DNA of 64,000 nt from an uncultured virus (IMG/VR IMGVR_UViG_3300042453_001906) (lineage: Duplodnaviria > Heunggongvirae > Uroviricota > Caudoviricetes), in the IMG/VR virus record IMGVR_UViG_3300042453_001906. One strand, written 5' to 3'. Below are positions 55,655 to 62,726 of this stretch, one piece after another. The translations under genes were made by a program, and so were the position numbers. Under the pieces are notes generated by a model that did no database searches, had not been told where the DNA came from, and saw nothing but the letters and a program-made list of their open reading frames with translations. How positions within the stretch are numbered: the first letter of the stretch is position 1; the number at the start of each line of letters is the position of its first letter.

Positions 55655-56584
55655 TTAGTATAATCCGTATACTTGCAATCCGCTGGGAGATGCAATATTT
55701 TGATCGTTTTTGGTGGCAATTGTAAAAAAGGATTGATTCACTAGAGTTGTGCTGTTTGCAGGAACAGTCACTGTGGTGTCGTATATCCTATTCACCCCCG
55801 CCCCCGATCCACGGGCAACGGTGGCTGTGCCTATTCCCGTACCAATTCCGTTCCATTGCTGTGCGGTGGGGGTATATGTGCCAAGCGTGTTTCCCTCTAT
55901 TAGTTGCGCTCCCCAAAAAACCAAACGAGCAACCGGAGGAGTTCCACTACCGTTTCCTATCGCTATATTCTCAAAGGTGTTTGTGGTGGAATTACTTGCC
56001 ACAAATGTATGAAACACTCTTCTTGGAGTAGTGGTAACTGTAAAATCTGGCGAAAAGCCAGATGTTGCTCCCACGGTGTATGTGGATATTCTTGCTGTGG
56101 TAGTGGAAGGATATCCCTCTCTGTTATCACATGCCATCCAAACTGAAAAAGTGTAAATCTTTCCTTTTTCTAAAAATGACGAGGACGGAAATCCAAAATA
56201 AATCCCGTTATTTGCACTTAAAACTGTTTGAATCATTACACCGTTTGTTGTTCCATCTGGCATGACTATGTTGGAGTACACGCTGCCGTTTACCACTGGA
56301 TGGGTGGCAGAATAGGTAATCCACCGCAAAGCCCCGGTAGTTATGCCGGATCGAATGTTTTCGCTGAAAAGTATTTCGTTGGTTATGCCACTTACCTGTT
56401 CACCTAGACTGTAGGCATTAAATGAAATTCCAACACCGGAAGTGTTTGTGACAAGCAAGGCATTGGATTGATTCTGACGGTTCACCGTATCATACGAATA
56501 CCAAGGAAAGTGACCCGTGTCCACTGTGTTGTTGATATAAAAGCGTTCAGCCTTCTCGTATTGATCTTTATTTCCGTAAGCCAT
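55655..56584 (-). CDS. Putative virion decoration protein with carbohydrate-binding-like insertion
   Basis: YTFSVW...FWGAQLIEG..YTPT jelly-roll pattern; GGAGG RBS; CTAAATA at 56604-56610. Confidence 0.65.
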   Translation of the reverse strand: MAYGNKDQYEKAERFYINNTVDTGHFPWYSYDTVNRQNQSNALLVTNTSGVGISFNAYSLGEQVSGITNEILFSENIRSGITTGALRWITYSATHPVVNGSVYSNIVMPDGTTNGVMIQTVLSANNGIYFGFPSSSFLEKGKIYTFSVWMACDNREGYPSTTTARISTYTVGATSGFSPDFTVTTTPRRVFHTFVASNSTTNTFENIAIGNGSGTPPVARLVFWGAQLIEGNTLGTYTPTAQQWNGIGTGIGTATVARGSGAGVNRIYDTTVTVPANSTTLVNQSFFTIATKNDQNIASPSGLQVYGLY

Positions 56585-56613
56585 GCACTTTCCTCCAGTC
56601 TCCTATTTAGACC

Positions 56614-56641
56614 AAAAGGAAAAAGGAGCCTTGCGGCTCCT
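56614..56641 (-). terminator. Terminator of the tmRNA transcript
   Basis: AGGAGCC-GCAA-GGCTCCT followed by TTTTCCTTTT. Confidence 0.85.
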
Positions 56642-56644
56642 CTT

Positions 56645-56965
56645 TCTGCCCGTTCAGATGCGGGAGGGCTTTCCCCACGGCTTCAAGCCGCCATTGCCAG
56701 TCTGTTGGCAATTATGGTTGCAACAGGTTTTTTAACGAGGCTCTGTAACCCGCCCCGGATGCCTCTTGCTTCTCTAATCCGCGCTAGTCGATTCCATTTC
56801 GACCCCGTGTCCCGGAGGCTAGCACTCCGGGGGTTGCCCCGCTGCACCGGGGACTTGACTCGCCGTCCCCGAAAACTTGCAGTAGCAATCAGGTTAGGCT
56901 AATGGAGTCGGGGGGATTCGAACCCCCGTGCTATTCGCGTTTCGATCCACCGTCAACAGCATCAC
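56645..56965 (-). ncRNA. ssrA: Circularly permuted (two-piece) tmRNA: acceptor piece ~56965-56903, intervening segment 56902-56807, coding piece 56806-~56645
   Basis: 5' end GGGGTCGAAATGGAATCGAC; 3' end GGGGGTTCGAATCCCCC-CGACTCC-A with G3.U70; ATAATT then GCC AAC AGA CTG GCA ATG GCG GCT TGA (tag ANRLAMAA, 56709-56683). Confidence 0.9.
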
Positions 56966-57179
56966 TGTATCTATTCAATTCAGTGCCCCAACCACTCTCA
57001 CGGATGCTTTCTTCCCACCGTTCCCGAATGTCTGCGGGGAACGGGTAGTGCTTGCACACTTGCCGGGCCCTTAGACGAATGCTACGGGGCACTCGGGGAG
57101 TCTTTTTAGGATCAAGCAGGTCGTACAAAAAGTTTCGGGTTGCAATCAGCGCGTGTAGTTCTTCATGCGGAAGGGTCAT
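56931..57179 (-). CDS. BPSL0761-like small protein
   Basis: MTLPHE...FLYDLLDPKKTPRVP..IR..A...KHYP pattern; AAGGA RBS. Confidence 0.7.
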   Translation of the reverse strand: MTLPHEELHALIATRNFLYDLLDPKKTPRVPRSIRLRARQVCKHYPFPADIRERWEESIRESGWGTELNRYSDAVDGGSKRE

Positions 57180-57504
57180 TCGCTTGTTCCTTTAGTGCCT
57201 TTTCCAATTCAGCGTACATGGAAATCCAAGTCTTCTTGGGAATGAACACCGGATGCCCTGCTTCCTCGTCCCACACCCACCATCCGTTTGCTTTTTCGTG
57301 CAAATACGAAAACATGGCAGCATCCAATTCACCCACCTTGGGATCGCCGTCTTTCCACTTCTGCACCATGTTCCAAATGGTGATCTCAAGTCCGCTCATC
57401 CACCCCGCAGCGTAAGCGTCTTCGCTCCAGTCACGCATTACCCGCAGGAGGGTGTGTCTTGCTATTTCGCTTTCGCTTGGGCTTTTGCTTTTTGGCTTTG
57501 CCAT
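57163..57504 (-). CDS. Hypothetical protein
   Basis: WSEDAYAAGWMSGLE..W motif; start uncertain (MAKPK chosen). Confidence 0.6.
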   Translation of the reverse strand: MAKPKSKSPSESEIARHTLLRVMRDWSEDAYAAGWMSGLEITIWNMVQKWKDGDPKVGELDAAMFSYLHEKANGWWVWDEEAGHPVFIPKKTWISMYAELEKALKEQANDPSA

Positions 57505-57595
57505 TGCCGAAAATTTCCTCCCAATTCTTGTCCCACAGTTTCCAATCCACCGGACGATACTGATCGCCCTTGCCAGCAGCGTGTTTACCACCCAT
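57431..57595 (-). CDS. Small phage protein (GKG..RP..NW..IF type)
   Basis: MGGKHAAGKGDQYRPVDWKLWDKNWEEIFG. Confidence 0.6.
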   Translation of the reverse strand: MGGKHAAGKGDQYRPVDWKLWDKNWEEIFGNGKAKKQKPKRKRNSKTHPPAGNA

Positions 57596-57605
57596 GTCAC
57601 TGCGG

Positions 57606-57821
57606 TCAAGCGTTGGGTCGGGCAGAGAACCCGAACGGCTGCGTGGAAGTGGGGACAGCGACCGGACGATCCATCGCGGCAATCGCGTCCACAACGATCT
57701 TGTTGATCTGCTCGTTGAAGGTCATGTTGTTGGCATGAGCCATCTTTGCAATCTTGAGGAATGTGCTGTCGCCCACTGCCATCTCAAGCACGATGCTTGT
57801 AGTCTTCTTTGGTGTAGCCAT
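57606..57821 (-). CDS. Hypothetical protein, ribbon-helix-helix-like
   Basis: FLKIAKMAHANNMTFNEQINKIV; GGAG RBS. Confidence 0.6.
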   Translation of the reverse strand: MATPKKTTSIVLEMAVGDSTFLKIAKMAHANNMTFNEQINKIVVDAIAAMDRPVAVPTSTQPFGFSARPNA

Positions 57822-57822
57822 T

Positions 57823-58101
57823 TTAATCTGTCTCCATTTGTTCACTGATTCCACTGATGTTGTACGCAACAAGTTCACGCGCACACTCACTCACCCACAG
57901 TTCGCGGGGATTCACGCCCCATGTCCGAACAGAACGGATGATGAGGTTATTTAGGTCTTCATCCGTGTCGATGATTTCGTCTACCATTCCTGCCCGTGCC
58001 GTGTCGCGTGAGGTAACACACAGTCCCCACAAGCCGTCACAAATGTAGTCGATCACTGCGTGTTGGTCGTCACCGAAGTTGTTGTAGTCAGAGTCGTGCA
58101 T
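57823..58101 (-). CDS. Hypothetical acidic protein
   Basis: AAAGG RBS directly after tRNA-Ile. Confidence 0.6.
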   Translation of the reverse strand: MHDSDYNNFGDDQHAVIDYICDGLWGLCVTSRDTARAGMVDEIIDTDEDLNNLIIRSVRTWGVNPRELWVSECARELVAYNISGISEQMETD

Positions 58102-58115
58102 GGTAACCTTTCGAA

Positions 58116-58186
58116 TAGGCGGTTCAGGTGTCGATCCTGAATGAATCGGGTATAAGCCGATCTGCGAAGCCGTCCGCCCACCGCCC
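58116..58186 (-). tRNA. trnI: tRNA-Ile(UAU), atypical
   Basis: GGGCGGT/ACCGCCT acceptor plus A; ATCGG-CT-TAT-AC-CCGAT; T-arm TCAGG-ATCGACA-CCTGA. Confidence 0.8.
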
Positions 58187-58304
58187 AGTGGTCTGCTCTA
58201 GTATAGACTCATTTAGACATCCATGCTAGGGCAGAAGTCGCGTTTTTCATTATTTGATGCAGAAAGTCAGGGACCGCGACTTAAACCTTTTTTCTGCGGA
58301 ATTC

Positions 58305-58550
58305 TTAAGTGGTCTTGCGCTTGCGGGGCAAGGTCTTGCCTGTCTTCTTGGCAGTCCGCTTGCCGCGAACAGCGGCAGGTTCAGCCACAGGCTTGGCAAA
58401 CAACTTCTTTACATCCACGGGAGGCAGCAGCGTTTCGCGCTTCCACCCCTTGCGCCAATTGTAGTAGTCCTCGCACATAATAAGCACAATCATTCCGCCC
58501 AAAACCGTGAACAGCGTACCCATGATGAAACCAAAAGTAAAATCAGACAT
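58305..58550 (-). CDS. Small membrane protein
   Basis: N-terminal TM helix, basic tail; AAGGA RBS. Confidence 0.6.
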   Translation of the reverse strand: MSDFTFGFIMGTLFTVLGGMIVLIMCEDYYNWRKGWKRETLLPPVDVKKLFAKPVAEPAAVRGKRTAKKTGKTLPRKRKTT

Positions 58551-58800
58551 CTGTTTCCTTTCTTGTAAATTCAATCCGAGACTTCTTGTTCACGACATGA
58601 CCCATCGGGGTCTTGACAAGGTAGTTGCTCTTCTGCCTGTCTTCGTCGTGACCCAAGCGATAATTCACTCCATCAATTCCTGCGGACACCAACCGTGCTT
58701 CCATTTCACGCACAAGTGCCGCAACGATTTCTTGGGACAAAGCAGCCGCATCACTCTCACCCATTGCCATAGGAATGTCAATGTGCAGTCTGTACATCAT
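58543..58800 (-). CDS. Hypothetical protein
   Basis: Overlap-coupled to both neighbours. Confidence 0.6.
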   Translation of the reverse strand: MMYRLHIDIPMAMGESDAAALSQEIVAALVREMEARLVSAGIDGVNYRLGHDEDRQKSNYLVKTPMGHVVNKKSRIEFTRKETDV

Positions 58801-59378
58801 GCCTTCCTCTGTGCAACCCGCTTGCGAATCTCGTCAAGCGAAATGGGAGTGTACCCAATCCGTTCCACGCACACAGAGAAATACCGCTCGTCCTCCGGGC
58901 GCAGCGCGTTGATGCCGTCCGGGTCTTCAGTCCACATTCCCTCAATCTCACGCACGGGTTCGTTGTGGAGGTGTGCGTGGATGTTCAGCCACCATCGCCC
59001 CGTCTTGTGTCTGTACAGCGAACCGGGGTGGATGGGAATATGGGACAGCACTTCGTTCTCAAGTTTGTGGTACGCACGGATGTCCTTGAAATGCTTCAGG
59101 TATTCACCGGGCTTGAGATTGTCGTGGTTGCCCTTGATAAGAATCTTCTTGCCCTTAAGACGGTCAAGAATCTTCAGCCCCTTGTTGGTGAATGCCACAT
59201 CGCCAAGCACATACACCTTGTCGTTCTTGCCCACCACGGAGTTCCAATTGCGCTCAATACACGCATCGCCTTCAGCCGCGTCAACGAACGGGCGCACCTT
59301 GTCGCCGTTGCTACGCACGAACTTGTAGATGCTTTCGTGCCCGAAATGGGTGCAACCAATGAAAAATGTGTTAGGCAT
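58797..59378 (-). CDS. Calcineurin-like metallophosphoesterase
   Basis: THFGH, LGDV, GNHD, SHIP, HAHLH motifs. Confidence 0.88.
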   Translation of the reverse strand: MPNTFFIGCTHFGHESIYKFVRSNGDKVRPFVDAAEGDACIERNWNSVVGKNDKVYVLGDVAFTNKGLKILDRLKGKKILIKGNHDNLKPGEYLKHFKDIRAYHKLENEVLSHIPIHPGSLYRHKTGRWWLNIHAHLHNEPVREIEGMWTEDPDGINALRPEDERYFSVCVERIGYTPISLDEIRKRVAQRKA

Positions 59379-59742
59379 TGGTGTTCACCGTTTCAATCAG
59401 GCAGTAAGCGTAGTTTTCCTTGTTGAATGCCCGTACCCAATAGGGATCAGTCATGTGAATGAGTTGGGCGTACTCTTCAGGAGAAATGAACCGTGCGCTC
59501 TTCACCGTCTTGCCCTCGGGCAGACACGGAGCATCACCCACAGCCACGCGCAAATCCATGCCTGTGAAGACGCAAGGCCCACCCTCAAAGTCTGCCATCG
59601 TGGGGCCGTTTTCATCAGACGAGCCACGCACATACCGCGAAGGGCCTTCAATGATGAAACGGTTCTCGTCCACTCGGCAAACCGAACGGTGCTGTCCGTA
59701 ACGGGACGGCTCAACGCTGAAAAGGTTGGGTGCAATCTTCAT
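59371..59742 (-). CDS. Hypothetical protein
   Basis: ADFEGGP motif; ATG lies 6 nt after a -10 box. Confidence 0.65.
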   Translation of the reverse strand: MKIAPNLFSVEPSRYGQHRSVCRVDENRFIIEGPSRYVRGSSDENGPTMADFEGGPCVFTGMDLRVAVGDAPCLPEGKTVKSARFISPEEYAQLIHMTDPYWVRAFNKENYAYCLIETVNTNA

Positions 59743-59748
59743 AGCAGA

Positions 59749-59776
59749 ATCCTACCACATCAGCCCCCGGAGTCAA
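59749..59776 (-). promoter_or_regulatory. Sigma70-type promoter (probably leaderless mRNA)
   Basis: TTGACT-N16-TAGGAT-N6-ATG. Confidence 0.6.
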
Positions 59777-60110
59777 TACCTTGAGCGGCTTTCTGTATAT
59801 TTGGTTTTGGGAGCGGCAAGTAATTTACAAGCAGCCGAAACTTGCCGTCCACGCTTGGTACGGGAAACAGTCCAGTCACCATTCCAAATAGGGGAATTCC
59901 CAAAGCCAACAGCGGTGTGCCAATTTTAATATACGGTGAGTCGTCCAGTTGAACGCCCATCAGCACTTCTTTTTCTTTTTTAAGTTCTGTTGCCGTTCCG
60001 TCTGCGGTGAGCAGGAGTCGGTTGTGCGGCATGGTTGTGAAAACCCGTTCGTGCCCTCGGGGGGATCGCACAACAAAAGAACGGGGAACGAATGGTTCGC
60101 TCGGTTTCAT
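59760..60110 (-). CDS. Hypothetical protein
   Basis: Only substantial ORF in the interval. Confidence 0.5.
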   Translation of the reverse strand: MKPSEPFVPRSFVVRSPRGHERVFTTMPHNRLLLTADGTATELKKEKEVLMGVQLDDSPYIKIGTPLLALGIPLFGMVTGLFPVPSVDGKFRLLVNYLPLPKPNIQKAAQGIDSGG

Positions 60111-60215
60111 TCTACTGGTGTTTAGTGGTGTGTAGAGAACGAATAATATTGTTCTTCAAACCCTACACAGTACTTATACGGGTGAAAAAATGACCCCAAT
60201 ATAAAAGTGTATATT

Positions 60216-60395
60216 TCAGCGAGATTTCATTTTCGATTCCCATGACACGATCTGCTTTCTCAGGGCAGTCATGGTTTGTGCCAGTTCGCGCCACCCGGTT
60301 TGATCCAAGAGATACGCTTCGTAATCCTCCACCGCTCGTTTGGCTGCGATGATCAGTTCTTCGGTTGGAGTCTTTTCGGGTTCGTATTTGGACAT
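60216..60395 (-). CDS. Small hypothetical protein (59 aa, absent from the ORF track)
   Basis: MSKYEPEKTPTEELIIAAKRAVEDYEAYLLDQTGWRELAQTMTALRKQIVSWESKMKSR; AGGAG RBS. Confidence 0.6.
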   Translation of the reverse strand: MSKYEPEKTPTEELIIAAKRAVEDYEAYLLDQTGWRELAQTMTALRKQIVSWESKMKSR

Positions 60396-60399
60396 GGTT

Positions 60400-60717
60400 C
60401 TATCTCCTGAATTTTCTGATGAACCTTTTCCACCATGAGGGTTTTATGGAGTTTTCTGTTTTCGCGCACCCATTTATTCGTTTCCACTCCCGTTGTTCAA
60501 TTATTTCGTACCGCAGCATTTCTCGTATCTGAAAGGGCAAGATCATCGGTATGGTTTCATCGTACCGAGATTTTGCAACATCAAGAAGTCCTTCAATTGC
60601 TCTACCGTTTTCAACAATGTCCCAAGTCTCACCGCCATCAGATGATTCACAGAGTGCGTACATTCCGCCGTGTTCATCGGTGTTAAGCAAATCAATTCCG
60701 ATGATTTTTTCATCCAT
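60400..60717 (-). CDS. Hypothetical protein
   Basis: GGAGG RBS; CATAAATA motif upstream. Confidence 0.6.
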   Translation of the reverse strand: MDEKIIGIDLLNTDEHGGMYALCESSDGGETWDIVENGRAIEGLLDVAKSRYDETIPMILPFQIREMLRYEIIEQREWKRINGCAKTENSIKPSWWKRFIRKFRR

Positions 60718-60742
60718 AGCAAACCTCCAAGTCTATTTATGG

Positions 60743-60770
60743 AAAAAGCCGCCCCGTGAGGAGCGGCTTC
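60743..60770 (-). terminator. Terminator at the end of the small-gene array
   Basis: AAGCCGC...GCGGCTT stem plus U-tract. Confidence 0.75.
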
Positions 60771-60788
60771 TATGGGTGCGCGAGTTTT

Positions 60789-61058
60789 TTACTCGCCGTC
60801 TGTGGTGCGGAACAGGGTGTTGTTCGCGTCCGCTTCTGCCTTGTCGGGGAAGCAGTCCCAACCCATGCGAACGGCGTATTGCTGCGGACTGCACGGCGGA
60901 TACACAATGCACTCCGCTTCCATCTCGCAGATTTTCCGCCGTGCCTCGTCGCGCTCCTTCCGCAACTGCTCAATTTCAGCATTTGCCTCGTCATTGAGAA
61001 TGTCTGCCATCTTCTCCATGAGGCGGACAGATTCGGGAATGGGTTTGTTGTCAGGCAT
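60789..61058 (-). CDS. ERDEARR/GWDC-family small protein
   Basis: EANAEIEQLRKERDEARR...MGWDCF; AAGGA RBS before MPDNK. Confidence 0.7.
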   Translation of the reverse strand: MPDNKPIPESVRLMEKMADILNDEANAEIEQLRKERDEARRKICEMEAECIVYPPCSPQQYAVRMGWDCFPDKAEADANNTLFRTTDGE

Positions 61059-61197
61059 AGATTTCCTTTCGGAGTGAGGACTTGGACTTGCGGCGTTCGG
61101 CGCGGGGACATCGGGACTTCTTGCCCCATGTCTTGGCGCGGAGGCGTTGCCCCTCGCGGAGCGCATCGTGGACGAACTTTCCTGCTCTGATGTTCAT
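61051..61197 (-). CDS. Small basic protein (48 aa, absent from the ORF track)
   Basis: MNIRAGKFVHDALREGQRLRAKTWGKKSRCPRAERRKSKSSLRKEIYA; AAGGAG RBS; overlaps both neighbours. Confidence 0.65.
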   Translation of the reverse strand: MNIRAGKFVHDALREGQRLRAKTWGKKSRCPRAERRKSKSSLRKEIYA

Positions 61198-61418
61198 GCG
61201 TTCTCCTTGTAGCAGTCCCATCCGCGCCGCTCGGCTTCTGCACGGGCGCGGCGATTCATGTCATCCACGGATAGGCAGTTACCGACAGGCGCGGCTTCGC
61301 ACCACATCCGCCTCGCCGCATCACGCTCTTCACGGTAGAAGTCTCGTTCGCCCTGAAGCCAGTTGATCCTCATTTTGAGAGCGATGATTTCTTTCTCGCA
61401 TTCAGTCATTTCAGTCAT
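61194..61418 (-). CDS. ERDEARR/GWDC-family small protein
   Basis: ERDAARRMWC...RGWDCYKENA. Confidence 0.7.
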   Translation of the reverse strand: MTEMTECEKEIIALKMRINWLQGERDFYREERDAARRMWCEAAPVGNCLSVDDMNRRARAEAERRGWDCYKENA

Positions 61419-61722
61419 TGCTGTTCTCCTTGAAACAGTCCCATCCACGCTCAACCGCTATCTCCTTTGCCAGACCCACGACATCCTCGCTGTCTCTGTG
61501 GACACGATGCCGTTGCAAACGGATGATTGCCTCATTCCTGCACAACTCACGCCTCGCCGCACACAACTCACGCCGTGCCTCGTCACGCTCCTTCCGCAGC
61601 CGCTCAATCTCCGCGTTGGCTTCGTCAATCTGCCTTTCAAGTTCTGCATTGTCCTTGATCAATCGGTTGTACTTTTCCTTGTAAATATCAGCCAGTTCTA
61701 CAAGCGATTGTTTGTCAAGCAT
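61411..61722 (-). CDS. ERDEARR/GWDC-family small protein
   Basis: EANAEIERLRKERDEARRELC...RGWDCFKENSND. Confidence 0.7.
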   Translation of the reverse strand: MLDKQSLVELADIYKEKYNRLIKDNAELERQIDEANAEIERLRKERDEARRELCAARRELCRNEAIIRLQRHRVHRDSEDVVGLAKEIAVERGWDCFKENSND

Positions 61723-61960
61723 TGTTGTTCTCCTTGAACAAGTTGTGGATGGCTTCCAGATGCCCATTGCTCTCCGCGCCATGTTCGATTCGGCAGTCGA
61801 TCTCATTGAGGATGCGTCCCGTTTGCAGCCTCGCCTCGTCGCGCTCGGCGCGGAGCCTTTCGATGTAGGCTGCGGCTTCCGCAATGTCGTTATCATCGCG
61901 GTTGGTGTGATCGCGCAGACGGGAAACAATGTCATACTTACCTTCGCATGGGTCAGTCAT
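61715..61960 (-). CDS. ERDEARR-family small protein
   Basis: DIVSRLR...EAAAYIERLRAERDEAR...LFKENNNA. Confidence 0.7.
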   Translation of the reverse strand: MTDPCEGKYDIVSRLRDHTNRDDNDIAEAAAYIERLRAERDEARLQTGRILNEIDCRIEHGAESNGHLEAIHNLFKENNNA

Positions 61961-62156
61961 CGATGTTCTCCTTGTAGTTCTTGTAGCACTCCCACCCAAA
62001 CCGCAGCCGTTCCATCTCTTCGGTGACAGCCGACAACTGTGATCGCAGACACTCAATCAAGTGCGTTCCTTCCGCGTTAGTGCTGCTCAACCCACGGGTG
62101 GCTTCAAGAATCTGTCTGCTCTTCTGTTCGTAGTTGCCACGGCGGAACTCAAACAT
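61953..62156 (-). CDS. GWDC-family small protein
   Basis: EMERLRFGWECYKNYKENIDD. Confidence 0.65.
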   Translation of the reverse strand: MFEFRRGNYEQKSRQILEATRGLSSTNAEGTHLIECLRSQLSAVTEEMERLRFGWECYKNYKENIDD

Positions 62157-62535
62157 CGGTGTTCTCCTTGAAGCAGTCCCATCCAAGAAAATCGGCAACG
62201 CTGCGTTTAGTCTCGTTGGTAATCCCATGTTGGATTTTTTCAACAGCCCCACAGTAAAGCCGCCTTGCTTCGTCACGCTCTTTCTCAAGTTCACGGCACT
62301 CCTCGGTCAGAAGGTTGTTCTGATACCGAGCGTTCTCCAGTTCCTCGGTCAGATTCCTGCCACGGAGTCGGTCTAGGTTGTCTCCTGCGAGTAGATCGGG
62401 GTCTTCTTCAGTCATCGGCGTGTCTCCTGTGTTGGTTGTGGTGATTACTTCGACCTGTGGTGGGTGGTTGGGAGCCGTATACGGCGGGATGTATTGCCAC
62501 AGTTCCTCAATACGCTTGTCGGTGGGGTCAGTCAT
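62149..62535 (-). CDS. ERDEARR/GWDC-family small protein
   Basis: LEKERDEARRLYC...LGWDCFKENTDV. Confidence 0.7.
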   Translation of the reverse strand: MTDPTDKRIEELWQYIPPYTAPNHPPQVEVITTTNTGDTPMTEEDPDLLAGDNLDRLRGRNLTEELENARYQNNLLTEECRELEKERDEARRLYCGAVEKIQHGITNETKRSVADFLGWDCFKENTDV

Positions 62536-62716
62536 TGGTGTTCTCCTTGTTCTTCTTGAGTCCCGTCTTCAGGATGAAATACAACTGGCGTTCGCACATC
62601 CGCTGAAAGTCAGCGGTGTAATCCTCGGGGTCATCGTATGGGTTGCTCTCCCGCCACATAGCGATGAGGGCGTTGGTGAGTGCGTCTGCAACCATTTCTT
62701 TTGCGGTCTTGTTCAT
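62528..62716 (-). CDS. Small hypothetical protein of the array
   Basis: MNKTAKEM...KENTND; GAGG RBS. Confidence 0.65.
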   Translation of the reverse strand: MNKTAKEMVADALTNALIAMWRESNPYDDPEDYTADFQRMCERQLYFILKTGLKKNKENTND

Positions 62717-62726
62717 TTGTTTTTCC

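Noticed and set aside
56903..56930. Isolated tRNA 3' half as an att site or pseudo-tRNA
   Set aside because: It pairs with GGGGTCG at 56800-56806 and is explained as the tmRNA acceptor piece; no integrase in the window
60111..60215. AT-rich intergenic stretch as a replication origin
   Set aside because: No iterons or clear structure; only a weak TATAAGTA late-like motif
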